A model generated the notes under the pieces. The model was not told the origin of the DNA. It ran no database searches and saw only the letters and a list, made by a program, of their open reading frames with translations. DNA of 52,035 nucleotides, the filler included, from Squatina squatina (taxonomy: Eukaryota), in assembly GCA_031763465.1 (NCBI GenBank). It is 3 parts of 3 records of this genome, joined end to end, with 100 filler letters (N's around TTAATTAATTAA, not from the genome) between each part and the next. Parts side by side here need not be neighbours in the genome. Positions count along the whole stretch, not along the records: positions 1 to 13,670 come from JARFOE010000219.1; 2 more parts are not named here. The stretch is one strand, 5' to 3'. Position numbers and translations under genes: made by a program. The stretch's first letter is position 1. Each line of letters starts with the position of its first letter. Of this stretch, positions 1 through 10,574 are shown in pieces.

Positions 1-992
1 ACACCGATGATGGTTACAAACTAAGCAAGTTGTTCTTAGTAATCAGCATTTATTTCATCCTTTATAAAACTGAACTTTCAAAAAGATACAGGTAACGCTA
101 GTGCTTCTGTATATCCACAATCTAATACCACAGCAGAATTGATACCAAGAGTCAGTAGAGACATAAGATGGCTTGGTGCAAAGAGCACTGAAGGAACCTA
201 CAAAAACACAAAGTGAAGAAATCATATAACTTCTGATTTTCAATTATCTACAAGGGAAAATCCAAATGTAATAATACTTTAAAACATCTATTTGCCGGCT
301 GCTCACATCTGCTTCTCCACAACTGCAGCATAGTAACCAGGAGATCATTGTTGCGTGAATTAATTTTCTTTCCACTGCTTCCCCATTCCATCCAGAAATG
401 CAGCAGGTTCATTATAGCATAGCACTCCATCTAGTGGAATGGCAAAGAACTAAAAAACCTGGTCAACTTCTGCAATTCAAAATGTAGTGTTGATAATTTT
501 CAACATTTGCACTGCATCAATAGTAAGCATCATAGGTGCCATTTTAATGTATTTACTTCATTCCTGTTCCACCTATTGTGCGCACTCTCTTCTCAGTTCT
601 CAGCCATCTCCTGATGCTGCTAAAATCTTACTGTTAAGAAGCACACAAGAGTGGCCTGGGATAATTCGCTTACCAACCTTCCTTTTACAAAACATTTTTC
701 ACAATTCCAGGCAGATAGGTCACACTTGTGATCTATATGGTAAAAATGGGACATTGCTTGTTTAATAAACTAAATTGGTTACTGTCAGCTGTTTTCACAT
801 CTATTCAGGTAAATTACAAAATCCAAAAACTATAGAAAAAGAAAGTGAACATCTTCAGAAATCACATAAGCCAGTAATAGGGCAGTCACTGAGTGAACAT
901 ATAAACTAATTTCCAATTATACTACACTCTGGTTAATCTAGCTCATTTATTCTCTTTAGTCTTAATGCATCATTAGCTACATCGCTTCCTAC

Positions 993-1101
993 CTCAAAGT
1001 GCTTAAAGAACACTCTGGTGAGCGTTTCTCTGAAGTGTGATGGACACAGAATAGATTCAATAATGACAACACGACGATCCCTTGGGTTTACCAATAAGTG
1101 T
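993..1101 (-). CDS. ACTR10: ACTR10 (Arp11, dynactin subunit) internal exon
   Basis: Minus strand tttacag|A CAC TTA...TTT GAG|gtagg, 109 nt. Translates [36 protein letters not shown], near-identical to recalled vertebrate ACTR10. Not in the ORF track. Confidence 0.93.
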
Positions 1102-1504
1102 CTGTAAAGGAAAGGGGAAAAAAGACAGAATTTTAAAAATCAAAGACAAATGATTGCAAACTTCTACAGAGAAATTAATCAACAAATAGAAAGTCATCTA
1201 GAAGCCACTTAATTGTTCTGTTAAAAACATGGAGCAATTAGCATGTGAACCCTGATTAAGGATCATTGCGCTCAGAATTTTAAAAAAACTTGTATTTTTA
1301 AAAAATCTTCTATTTGAAATCATTTTTCCCTCCAAAGAGGAACGAGTAGTATGGCAGTCAGTGAATTATGGAGACGAGATTAAAATTTACACCCACTATT
1401 CCCCACACAGTAAGTTTTCAATCCTTGTATCTCATTAAAAACTGGTGGGCAAGAATTTCTGCAGGGGCTCTCCAGTAACTTGGGCAGAAACTATCGAGAA
1501 ACAG

Positions 1505-1579
1505 CATAGAAACATAGAAAATAGGAGCAGGAGTCGGCCATTCGGCCCTTCGAGCCTGCTCCGCCATTCAATATGATCA
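1505..1579 (-). mobile_element. CR1-type LINE 3' tail
   Basis: catagaaacatagaaaataggagcaggagtcggccattcggcccttcgagcctgctccgccattcaatatgatc. The same tail occurs at 5716, 25945 and 28947, always at contig edges. Confidence 0.85.
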
Positions 1580-1689
1580 NNNNNNNNNNNNNNNNNNNNN
1601 NNNNNNNNNNNNNNNNNNNNNNNNNNNNNNNNNNNNNNNNNNNNNNNNNNNNNNNNNNNNNNNNNNNNNNNNNNNNNNNATCAGAGCCC

Positions 1690-2838
1690 AGCATAGGATA
1701 TGATGCATCCTAGGATCCTGATGGAGTAAAATTGGAAATTCTGGTGTTTCCGACCATGATCCTCCAATACTTCTTGGATACGGATGTGGTGCCGGAGGAC
1801 TGGAAAGATACAACAGTTACGTCATTGTTCAGAGAATTGTGTGAGAATAAAGCCAGCAACTATAGGCCTGTCAGTTTAATGTGAGTTGTGGGAAGGCCAC
1901 CAGAAGCTATCATTAAGGACAGAGTGACTCAGCACTTGAACAAATATGTGCTGATCAGAGAGAGCCAGCATGGCTTTGTTAAAGATAAGTAATGTCTGAC
2001 TAATCTAATTGAAATTTTTGAGGTCACTAGTAAGGTAGACAATGAGTATCTATGGATGTTATCGATTTGGACCCCAGAAGGCATTCGATAAGTTTCCATA
2101 TAAAAGATTATTGGCAAAAATGACAGCACAAAATTTGAGATAGCCTTTTGACTTGGGTTGAAAATTAGTTGGAAGGTAGGAGACAGTGGGTGGGATAAAG
2201 GGTCGGTACTCAGATTGGTAGGATGTGACAAGTGGTGTTCCTCAGGGATCTGTACTGGAGCCTCAGCTTTTCACCATATTTATTAATGACTTGGATGAAG
2301 GAATAGAGAGTTGTACATCCAAGTTTTCAGGTGGCACTGAATTAGGAGGAACAGTAATGAGTTCAGATGGGAGCAGGAAAGGGACCTCGACAAATTAAGA
2401 GTGGGCAAAACTATAGAAGCTAGAGTTCAATGTGGGCAAGTGTGAGGCCATCCACTTTGGACCTAAGCAAGATAAATTGAAGTATTTTCTAAATGGTGAG
2501 AAACTAGGAACGGTCGAGGAACAAGGAGATATGGGAGTCCAAGTACACAAATTATTTAAAGCTAGTGGACAGGTACAAAAAGGCTAATGGAATGTTGGCC
2601 TTTATCTCAAAGGGGTTGGAATACAAAGGGGAGGAAGTTATGCTGTAACTGGAGCCTTGTTCATGACTCATCTGGAGTACTACATTCAGTTCTGAGCACT
2701 GCGCCTCAGGAAGGACATATTGGCCTTATTCAGCGCATATTCATATTGGGGCTAAACAGGTTAGATTATGAGGATAGGTTGCATAAACTTTGTTTGTATT
2801 CCCTTGCGTATAGAAGTTGGAGAGGTGTTTAAAATATT
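1690..2838 (+). mobile_element. Degenerate CR1 LINE ORF2 (reverse transcriptase and C-terminal region)
   Basis: Decayed motifs VPEDWK, NYRPVSL, QHGFVK, SGVPQGSVL, FTIFINDL, with many stops and frameshifts. A CR1 3' end follows at about 3314-3430. Confidence 0.9.
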
Positions 2839-3313
2839 GGCCCTGAAATTGCGATCTCCCCGGGTGGGAACGATGTTCCAATGCACCCGGGGTGACATCG
2901 CAAATGCTGGTTCTCAGGCTGCAATGGGAAAGCCCGCAGAACCGGCATTTGCGATCTGTCAAGATTTTAGCCAGGAAAACTGATTTCCAACGCTGAGTTT
3001 CGCGAGATTTTTTGNNNNNNNNNNNNNNNNNNNNNNNNNNNNNNNNNNNNNNNNNNNNNNNNNNNNNNNNNNNNNNNNNNNNNNNNNNNNNNNNNNNNNN
3101 NNNNNNNNNNNNNNGATACGCTTGGTTTTAACAAGTGTAAGAAATTTCAAGAGATCCCCAGCAGAAAACTTTGCAAAAATATCGCTAAGTTCTGTGCTGG
3201 GGATGGCCGGTTATGCGGGCTTACGATTGACCGCCCCATAACCGGCTTTTGCGATGTCTCCCCGGGTGCGTGGGAACATCGTTCCCACTCGGGGAGATCA
3301 TAATTTCAGGCCC
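2839..3313. mobile_element. Non-autonomous DNA transposon (MITE), Harbinger-like, with ~75-bp terminal inverted repeats spanning an N gap
   Basis: Left end ggccctgaaattgcgatctccccgggtgggaacgatgttcc... matches the reverse complement of the right end, gggcctgaaattatgatctccccgagtgggaacgatgttcc... Flanks are ATT and AGT. Confidence 0.75.
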
Positions 3314-3780
3314 AGTAAGTATTTGAAAAGGAAGAATATAAAAGTATACAGAAAATGATAGAGGAATGGGATTACAATGGATAATAGTCAAAGGGATAAC
3401 ACCAGCACAAGCATGATGGGCCAAATGCGCTGTAGTTTTATTGACACTAACATTTTTGAAAACCTGACACCATTAGTTTTGCTGTGCTATGTCCCTGCTT
3501 CCTGTCAGCTGGGCCACAAATAGATACTGAGTTATGATAAAGTCTGTGGCCAGGAGTTCAAATAAAACATAAAATGGAAGTAATTTGTCATATTTATGAG
3601 ATCCAAAGATCATTTTTTATTGCATTTGTTTTTACTCCTAAGCTCCAATTGTCTGAAACCCTTCTTCACAACTTGCTCCTTTAAACAAGTTATCATGTTC
3701 TTAACGTGTTACCATGTTCTTTTACTTAAGTGTATTTCATTCTGAATTATTTTCTATATCAATGTTTTGTGCCTTTGCAG

Positions 3781-4001
3781 AGGAAGATGACGAAGAAGAT
3801 GATGAGGAAGATGAGGAGGAAGAAGATGAAGAAACTGATTCAGATGAAGACAGCATGGATTATGACACAGAGGTACCGTCACTGCCATACATAACACCCG
3901 GTGGGCCCATAAGAGACGACAGAAACTTGACAAAAGTGATGGAGATGTCNNNNNNNNNNATCAGCTTCCAGATTCCTTCGAGTGGAACCAGCATGACCAA
4001 G
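3781..4001 (+). CDS. ARMH4: ARMH4 (C14orf37) acidic-stretch exon, with an internal 10-N gap
   Basis: tttgcag acceptor. Poly-E/D run then DSDEDSMDYDTEVPSLPYITPG; after the gap QLPDSFEWNQHDQ (compare recalled YQVPDALEWEQQNQ). Donor G|gtact. Syntenic with ACTR10 and SLC35F4. Confidence 0.82.
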
Positions 4002-4957
4002 GTACTAAGAATCTGGGTAAGATTATTAACTTTTATTTGGTATACGGTCTTTATAAGCTATGTTTAAACAGTTTTACAATGGAGCTGTTAAATCGGTAGT
4101 TGAACAACAGTAACTCTCAATGTGATGACACTCTACTGGGAATTTCTGCCTCTATGCCCTCATGTGGGCTGAGCTTTGTCTCTCTGCATGAGGGATAAGT
4201 ACCAAACTTAATTTAAATCCAAATGAATCTGAATTGGACTGCTTTATCTGGAAAAAAAAATACCAATTTGGATGATGTGTGAGATGATCCTGTCCCCTAC
4301 AGGAAAATGTGCAAATATGTATGCACAATGAGATATTTTGCTATAATTAGTGTGCTCTGTGTATGCTAATGTCATGTTGATAGTAATGCAGTGAAAGAAA
4401 TTGCTTCCCTTCACTCATTTGCATGCATTTTTGTGGGTCAGCAGTGGAAAGAAAATGATGGATAATAAATTTGCTCTGAATTTACAGGTGTTTTAATGTA
4501 ATTTTGTTACTTTAACAGACAATAAACTACTTGAATAAAATACACAACTAATATTGCTCAGAATTATTTTGGTGTATGAGGTAGTGCTTGTGTTAGGTTT
4601 GCACGCCGACAGGAATTAAATCAGCCAGATAATAATGCCGATGAGGGTCATCTGCTGTGTGCTGGACGCACTGACCATTTTGGACCACCCCAGTTAATTG
4701 GATTCCACATGCTGACCTCACTCAGCACAATGGGATGAAAACCGGCATGATGGCCCCCTTGTCAGCAATAATTAATTTAAAGGGATCATGCAGTACTTAC
4801 AGGTTAGTTGCTGGTTTACTACTTCTGGCTGCTGTTACATTTCTGCGCCTTTTTGGCTCTGCTGTACCACTCTTCAGATTTCATTTTCTCTACATAGAGA
4901 AAGATTTGGCTGCCTTTGCATTGTTCTTGTTGTTAGCCTCACAGATGTTCTGCCTGC

Positions 4958-5614
4958 ATGGGCGGTCTGGTAGGGATGCCTATGGGTATAGAGCATAACT
5001 GGAAGCACCAGCATAACACGAAGATACCACAGATCACGACAAGTTTCCAGAAGAGGGAGGAGGAGGGGGAGGGCACTCAGCAGGAGATCATATCCACAAG
5101 GTCTTCAGGGAGCAATTCTTTTCCTTCAACTTCACTGTTGACCAATGTATGAGACACCTTCGCTTTACCAAGGAGATTGTTACTGTGCTATGCCAGCTTT
5201 CACATCCCCTACTTCAGCCTCAAACCAGGGCATGGATCGCACTGCCTGAGGCTGTCAAGGTCACCATTGCACTCAGCTTTTATGCCGCAGGCTCTTTTCA
5301 GGCTGCCATAGGCAACATTTGCAGCTTTTCACAATTTGCAGTACCAGGAAGGTCACTGATGCTCTATACACCATGAAAAACACTCTCCCTCCTGATTGAC
5401 AGAGAGAAGCAGGACAAGACCCACATGGCAGACTTACCCATGGTGCAACTGCATGCAAATTGCTTTGTGTGCTCCACCCTGAAATATTTTAACTGGTTTG
5501 TGACCACAGGCACCGCATCATGCAGATCTGTGTCCGCTATCCCAGCAGGAATCATGACTCATCAGTTCTGCATTAGTCCTCTTTGCCACCTTTATTCAAA
5601 TCAGACTTCCAAGT
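4958..5614 (+). mobile_element. Decayed PIF/Harbinger (HARBI1-like) transposase
   Basis: ORF 5149-5376, RFTKEIVTVLCQL..PLLQPQTRA..ALPEAVKVTIALSFYAAGSFQAAIGNICSFSQ, matches the Harbinger transposase N-terminal HTH region. Frameshifted downstream. Confidence 0.8.
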
Positions 5615-5715
5615 TNNNNNNNNNNNNNNNNNNNNNNNNNNNNNNNNNNNNNNNNNNNNNNNNNNNNNNNNNNNNNNNNNNNNNNNNNNNNNNNNNNNNN
5701 NNNNNNNNNNNNNNN

Positions 5716-5790
5716 ATGATCATATTGAATGGCGGTGCAGGCTCGAAGGGCCTAATGGCCTACTCCTGCACCTATTTTCTATGTTTCTAT
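5716..5790 (+). mobile_element. CR1-type LINE 3' tail
   Basis: atgatcatattgaatggcggtgcaggctcgaagggcctaatggcctactcctgcacctattttctatgtttctat. Confidence 0.85.
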
Positions 5791-6119
5791 CATCAGTATC
5801 GCTTGATTTTTAAAAAGAAAATACTAGATCTTCTGTCACATTGTTTAAGTGTAGTCTGGGAGCTTTGCGCAGTTTCTGATACTTAATCCAGTCCTGCTGT
5901 AGCCTACACTGCAGTTGTTTATCATTCTGAATAAAAACAATATTATTGATTCAATATTAAAAAATTACATACCTTACTGATGGAAGACCTCAGACTTGTT
6001 TGCAATAACATCTAAATATCACTTTACAAAATGTACTCGAGATAAAAGTAACTTATTCTCCTTTCTCTCCCGCCCACCTATTTTGTGCCTGGGATCAGCT
6101 GCAATTTCCTTTGTGCAAA

Positions 6120-6376
6120 CTTTAGGTAAATCAAAGCCACAAAAACTCCATACCCTTGCCTCCAACTCCATCCCTTGCCGGCCACTATCTTGGGCCAAAC
6201 CAGCGTGTTTGCAGCATCAATGTTCCATTTGACCTCGAGCCAAACTTCTGACCCCCGCATCCTATTCAAAGATGTCCTACTTCCACTTCTAAAATTACCC
6301 AGTGCCATACCAACCTCATTTCCATCTACCACTGAAACACTCATCCACTTCTCAATCACCTCCAGACTTGGCGATT
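6120..6376 (+). mobile_element. Decayed L2 LINE fragment
   Basis: Encodes remnants such as ETLIH...ITSRL, similar to the L2 pieces at 23790-24199 and 41850-42590. Confidence 0.65.
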
Positions 6377-6404
6377 AAAAATCTCAGCCTTGGAGCAGTT
6401 AAAA

Positions 6405-6797
6405 TATTGTGGGTTCAAGTGATTTCTTCAACACATAAATCAAGGCTGACACTTCAGAGCAGTACTGAGGGAGTGCTATACTGTTGGAGGTGTTGTCTTT
6501 TGCACTGGACATTAAGCCTGGTTTGCTCATTCAGGTGGATGTAAAACCTGCTGCGGCATGACTGAAGGAGCTGGAGAGTTCTCCTGGTATCCTGTGCAAT
6601 ATTTATCCCTCAACTAGAACTATAAACAGATTAACTTGTCATTCATCTTATTGCTGTTTATGGAACCTTGCTGTGTGCAAATTGGCTGCCAAATTGCCTA
6701 CTTAGCAACAGTAATTATACTTAAAATTAGTTCATTAGTTACAAAATGTTTGGGACATTCTGAGGACATGTAAGTGCTATATTAACTGCAAGTTCTT
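6405..6797 (+). mobile_element. DeuSINE-type SINE (SacSINE1/AmnSINE1-like)
   Basis: B-box-like gggttcaagt, then Deu-like core gctgacacttcagagcagtactgagggagtgct...caggtggatgtaaaa...atatttatccctcaac...caaattggctgcc, then an L2-like tail. Related copies at 38960 and 50123. Confidence 0.75.
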
Positions 6798-6873
6798 ATA
6801 AAATTCATATGTATTATACATATACCTGTACAATAGTTCAAAGTACTGCTAATGTCTTTCTTTGAAATTGCAG

Positions 6874-6942
6874 CCTAGAGATTTCACCAGCATGCAAGAT
6901 CGGGTGATGTTATTAGCTGACAGTTCAGAAGATGAGTTTTAA
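6874..6942 (+). CDS. ARMH4: ARMH4 last coding exon
   Basis: ttgcag|CCT AGA GAT...GAG TTT TAA translates PRDFTSMQDRVMLLADSSEDEF*, matching the conserved ARMH4 C-terminus. Not in the ORF track. Confidence 0.93.
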   Translation, partial: PRDFTSMQDRVMLLADSSEDEF

Positions 6943-7444
6943 GTATGAGCAATGATTCTTTGATGCAATACGAATGTCTGAAGCTGCACTGGAGTCAGGG
7001 GATGCAGGATGCCACTGCTATTTGCTACTTGCTGTTTCTGTTTCAAGTGCTTTTTCTTTTAGTGTTGAAAAGTTATTAAGGTCGCAGACGTTATTTGTGA
7101 TATACTGTAAAGTCTTGTTTGATAGAAATTTATTTCACAGGAGCAGCCTCACTTTGATTTCACTATCAATTCATTCTGAAGAATTGGAATGAGCAGATGT
7201 TATGTGATGATGATGTTGCTATAACCAATAACTGCTTGGTTGCTGTAATATTAAAACTGCAGTTTTTGCTTTTTGTTAAAATTCTCTTAATGCTTTTGGA
7301 GACCATGCTACCAAGAGACATGATTTCCTTAAACAGTCTTTATTAGGGAGGTAATGATTTTGTAACAAGTTTAAACAATGCTTATCCAACTCCTTTTATT
7401 TTTCTACATTGGTTTAAAATTCATGAAAGAAGCCACAGTCAATT

Positions 7445-7577
7445 CCATGAGACAACCAACATGGATTTGTTAAGGGAAGGTCGTGTCTGACTAACATGAT
7501 TGAATTTTTCGAGGAGGGTCACTGAGGGTAGTGCATTTGATATAGTCTGTATGGATTTTAGCGAGGCTTTTTATAAG
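7445..7577 (+). mobile_element. CR1 reverse transcriptase fragment
   Basis: QHGFVKGRSCLTN.IEFFEEVT...DIVCMDFS.AF motif region. Confidence 0.85.
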
Positions 7578-9154
7578 NNNNNNNNNNNNNNNNNNNNNNN
7601 NNNNNNNNNNNNNNNNNNNNNNNNNNNNNNNNNNNNNNNNNNNNNNNNNNNNNNNNNNNNNNNNNNNNNNNNNNNNNTGTGCGTGACTTGGAACATTTTT
7701 ATGAGTTTCGGTGATTTTGGATGACCTCTTAAAAAGTGCAAATATCAGGCTATTCGGCCATGGGAGCCATCAATAATGGTGAAGTAGGGACAGAGGTGCA
7801 GGGATGGCTTCCTTTTGGAGCAGAGAGCCAAGTCACAATGCTAGTGACCTTTGCCTGGCCCCTTCGATTTGTTATCATTCTGACTATTCGGACATGGGCG
7901 GGGGCATCACTCATGTAGGAGTGGGATCTCCCTTGACACCACATGAGGTAGGCGAGGCAGACGGATCACCTCCTCTTGGACCTTGGAGAGATGACCGCAC
8001 ACCAGGGTGACGCCAGGCAGTTTGCATCACCAGCTGCCCACCATCATCATGCCCACCAACTCCTTCACTTGCCACATCCAGCAGCTGCACTGGTGGCACA
8101 CGCCGCAGCCCCGCTTCATCCTTGGAGAGGTCAGACAGGAAGATGACATCAACTGAGGTTTGATCGGTCAATGGGTCACCAAGACAGAGCTTTGGGCATT
8201 GCCAAGATATCCAGCTTCCTGAAGGTCCAGGGTGCCATTGAGTATATCTGCCCATCCCCACAGTTGATAAGATTATCCCTCCTCACCCACCAACGACCTA
8301 TGCTCTGATTGACCCAACCAGTGCTTGTGTCAGTAGAACGATCCCCTTTAAGGACTGAGGTGGCCTGAAACCTGACAGTACCTCCTTATATTGGACCAAG
8401 AATTGGGCAGCTGAAAAAATCTAAGAGTTATTAGTCCCGTTAGTGCTGGTGTGGAACATAGATTTTGTTTTGTAATGCCAAGAACTTTTCTAAGAGGCCA
8501 ATTCTGTGTCCAAAACGGTCGCTAAATTTACACCTATTGGCCTGATATAGCCACAGACTATAAAAAGACCAATTGGGCACCAACCATCTTTTTGCATAAA
8601 AAGATGAAATCAATTGAAAAAATATTGAAGCATCTAATCACAAATACATTCTCACTGGTGTGAGTGCGAGGCAGTTTTGAGCTGAATATAAATTTGCTTA
8701 TGGTATTCACAATGTAGGTATGACAACATTTAATTCAATGAGTTGTAACACAGAGTTACAAATCAGAATATGTGACCTTGCATTCACATGCATAAAACAG
8801 ACCTGGAAGCCTTTTTTGTGAAAGAGTATTAGGTGATGCCTAAATGCAACTTTTTCTCCACATCATTTCATTAGATAAAGGTTATTAAAATAAGGAATTA
8901 TTTAATTGATTTTTTACACTGTGGTATGTAATATAATATTTATGCATTGAAACTGGTTTAAACATGGAGTATAAATATTCATAGATTCTCATTAGGCACA
9001 CAACTCACGCATGTCTTCTTGATATGCATTCCTGACAATTACTTCAATTTTTCTTGCCGGTGTAATGGTATTGAATTTTTCTACAGTTCCAGAAAGACTA
9101 GTGACTGCAATGTTTGGTGAACTTCACATTCACTCAGCAGTTTGGCATGCAGAA

Positions 9155-9619
9155 TAATTATTCTCATGCTTCAGGCCCCAGAAAAGCATTTCCTCCTGGA
9201 CTGGACTCAAGTCACAACAATTATAAAACATCAATCCTTTTTCAACAATTGTTCACTAAATTATTTACGGCCTTGATTAAAAGGCAATGTTAACAGGACC
9301 CTATTTTTATTCTCCTTGTATTAGAAGAGGCACCTACTTAATGTCCACTTCTGGTGTACAGTTTAAAGGGAATCTTTGAAACATCATCAGTAAAATGGCA
9401 TGGCAGAACATCTGCCCGTCACATGATCCCACTGGCACCTGATCACATTTTCCTTGGCAGGGGGAAACTCATTGACTAGGCAGGGTGGGACGTCAAAGAG
9501 AATCCCACTGCTGACTAATTATTCCTGTGCTTCAGGTTCCAGGAAAGCATTTCCTCATGGAATGGACCTCAAGTGACAAAAATTATAAAATATAAATCCT
9601 GTTTCAACAATTGTTCACT
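9155..9619 (+). repeat. Diverged ~103-bp direct repeat pair (9155-9257 and 9516-9619)
   Basis: Both copies read taattattc..tgcttcagg..ccag.aaagcatttcctc.tgga.tggac.tcaagt.acaa.aattataaaa.at.aatcct.tttcaacaattgttcact. Confidence 0.85.
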
Positions 9620-9788
9620 GTGTTCCATCGCTGGGAGGGAGGGAAAATAGGGGCAGGCTGCACCAATTAAAAGGCTACTGCAGCTGAACTGGCCACAGGT
9701 CACATCTCCTGCAATATTTGAGAAAGGAAGAGACTGCTGCATTGCCTGCACCTGATAGCATGTTACAATGGGATATTTGCAGACACAT

Positions 9789-9968
9789 TGGGCCAAAGTT
9801 TGCTGCCTCTTAGCACCCCTATATCGCCGGGTGTAGGCGTTGTTGGGGCATCAAACGTTTTTTTCTCGCTGGCGGCGGGTATGCCGCCTCACAGGATATT
9901 GCCGGCCCGTTTTGTGGAGGCGTCCACAGGAGAACCCTCCGTGGGCTGGTGCGATGCCCTTCTCGGTG
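9789..9968. mobile_element. GC-rich MITE-like element end, probably Harbinger family
   Basis: Abrupt switch to CpG-rich sequence starting gggccaaagtttg and running into a gap. Loosely resembles the end at 2839. Confidence 0.45.
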
Positions 9969-10130
9969 NNNNNNNNNNNNNNNNNNNNNNNNNNNNNNNN
10001 NNNNNNNNNNNNNNNNNNNNNNNNNNNNNNNNNNNNNNNNNNNNNNNNNNNNNNNNNNNNNNNNNNNNGGCCCGGATCTGTCCGACAGCAGTGACTGACG
10101 GAATACAGCTCCCCGCTCACTCACAAAACC

Positions 10131-10326
10131 ATGCGGAGACTGTCGGACATAAGCCTGCACCTGAACCAGCTCAAGTACCTCTCGCCTTCGCCCTCTCAGG
10201 ACCAGCTGTGCTCCCGCTCCTTTATGGACGTCAAGGCTGCCTCCAATGGGGTTTCCAGTATCGAAGACAGGATCTTACGGATCACGGGATATTATGGCTA
10301 TTACCCGGGATATTCCAGTCATCAAA
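10131..10326 (+). CDS. SLC35F4: SLC35F4 first coding exon with N-terminal extension
   Basis: MDVKAASNGVSSIEDRILRITGYYGYYPGYSSHQ (from ATG 10224) matches the SLC35F4 N-terminus. Donor A|gtaagt is phase 1. An in-frame upstream ATG at 10131 (aaaaccATG) adds 31 aa. Confidence 0.88.
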
Positions 10327-10574
10327 GTAAGTGAAGCGTTAGCAGCCAAACTCCCGGGGAAGGGTGTCAGTGGCAAGGCGCCTTCCGCTCGCTTTCACTG
10401 GCAGAGTTTGCAGTGGCGATTGTTTTGAAGTTCTGACCAGGCTGTGTGACTGAGAGCCCAGAGCCATCCAATCAGGTGACAGAGTCTGCTGCCCATCCCA
10501 TTGGCTGTGGGAAGGTGGCCGCGGTGAGAATGGGCCAATGGCGAAACCTCGAGGAACACGGCCGGCCGAAGATG

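Noticed and set aside
3949-3959. Apparent frameshift in the ARMH4 acidic exon
   Set aside because: It coincides with an N placeholder, and ARMH4-like sequence resumes in another frame after it.
5149-5376. Domesticated HARBI1 gene
   Set aside because: Frameshifted, with no intact catalytic DDE region visible. It is a transposon relic.
10446-10574. Novel N-terminus fused in frame to the NOVA fragment (ORF 10446-10952)
   Set aside because: It has a GTG start, no recognisable homology and no supporting acceptor. An open frame in GC-rich DNA is expected by chance.
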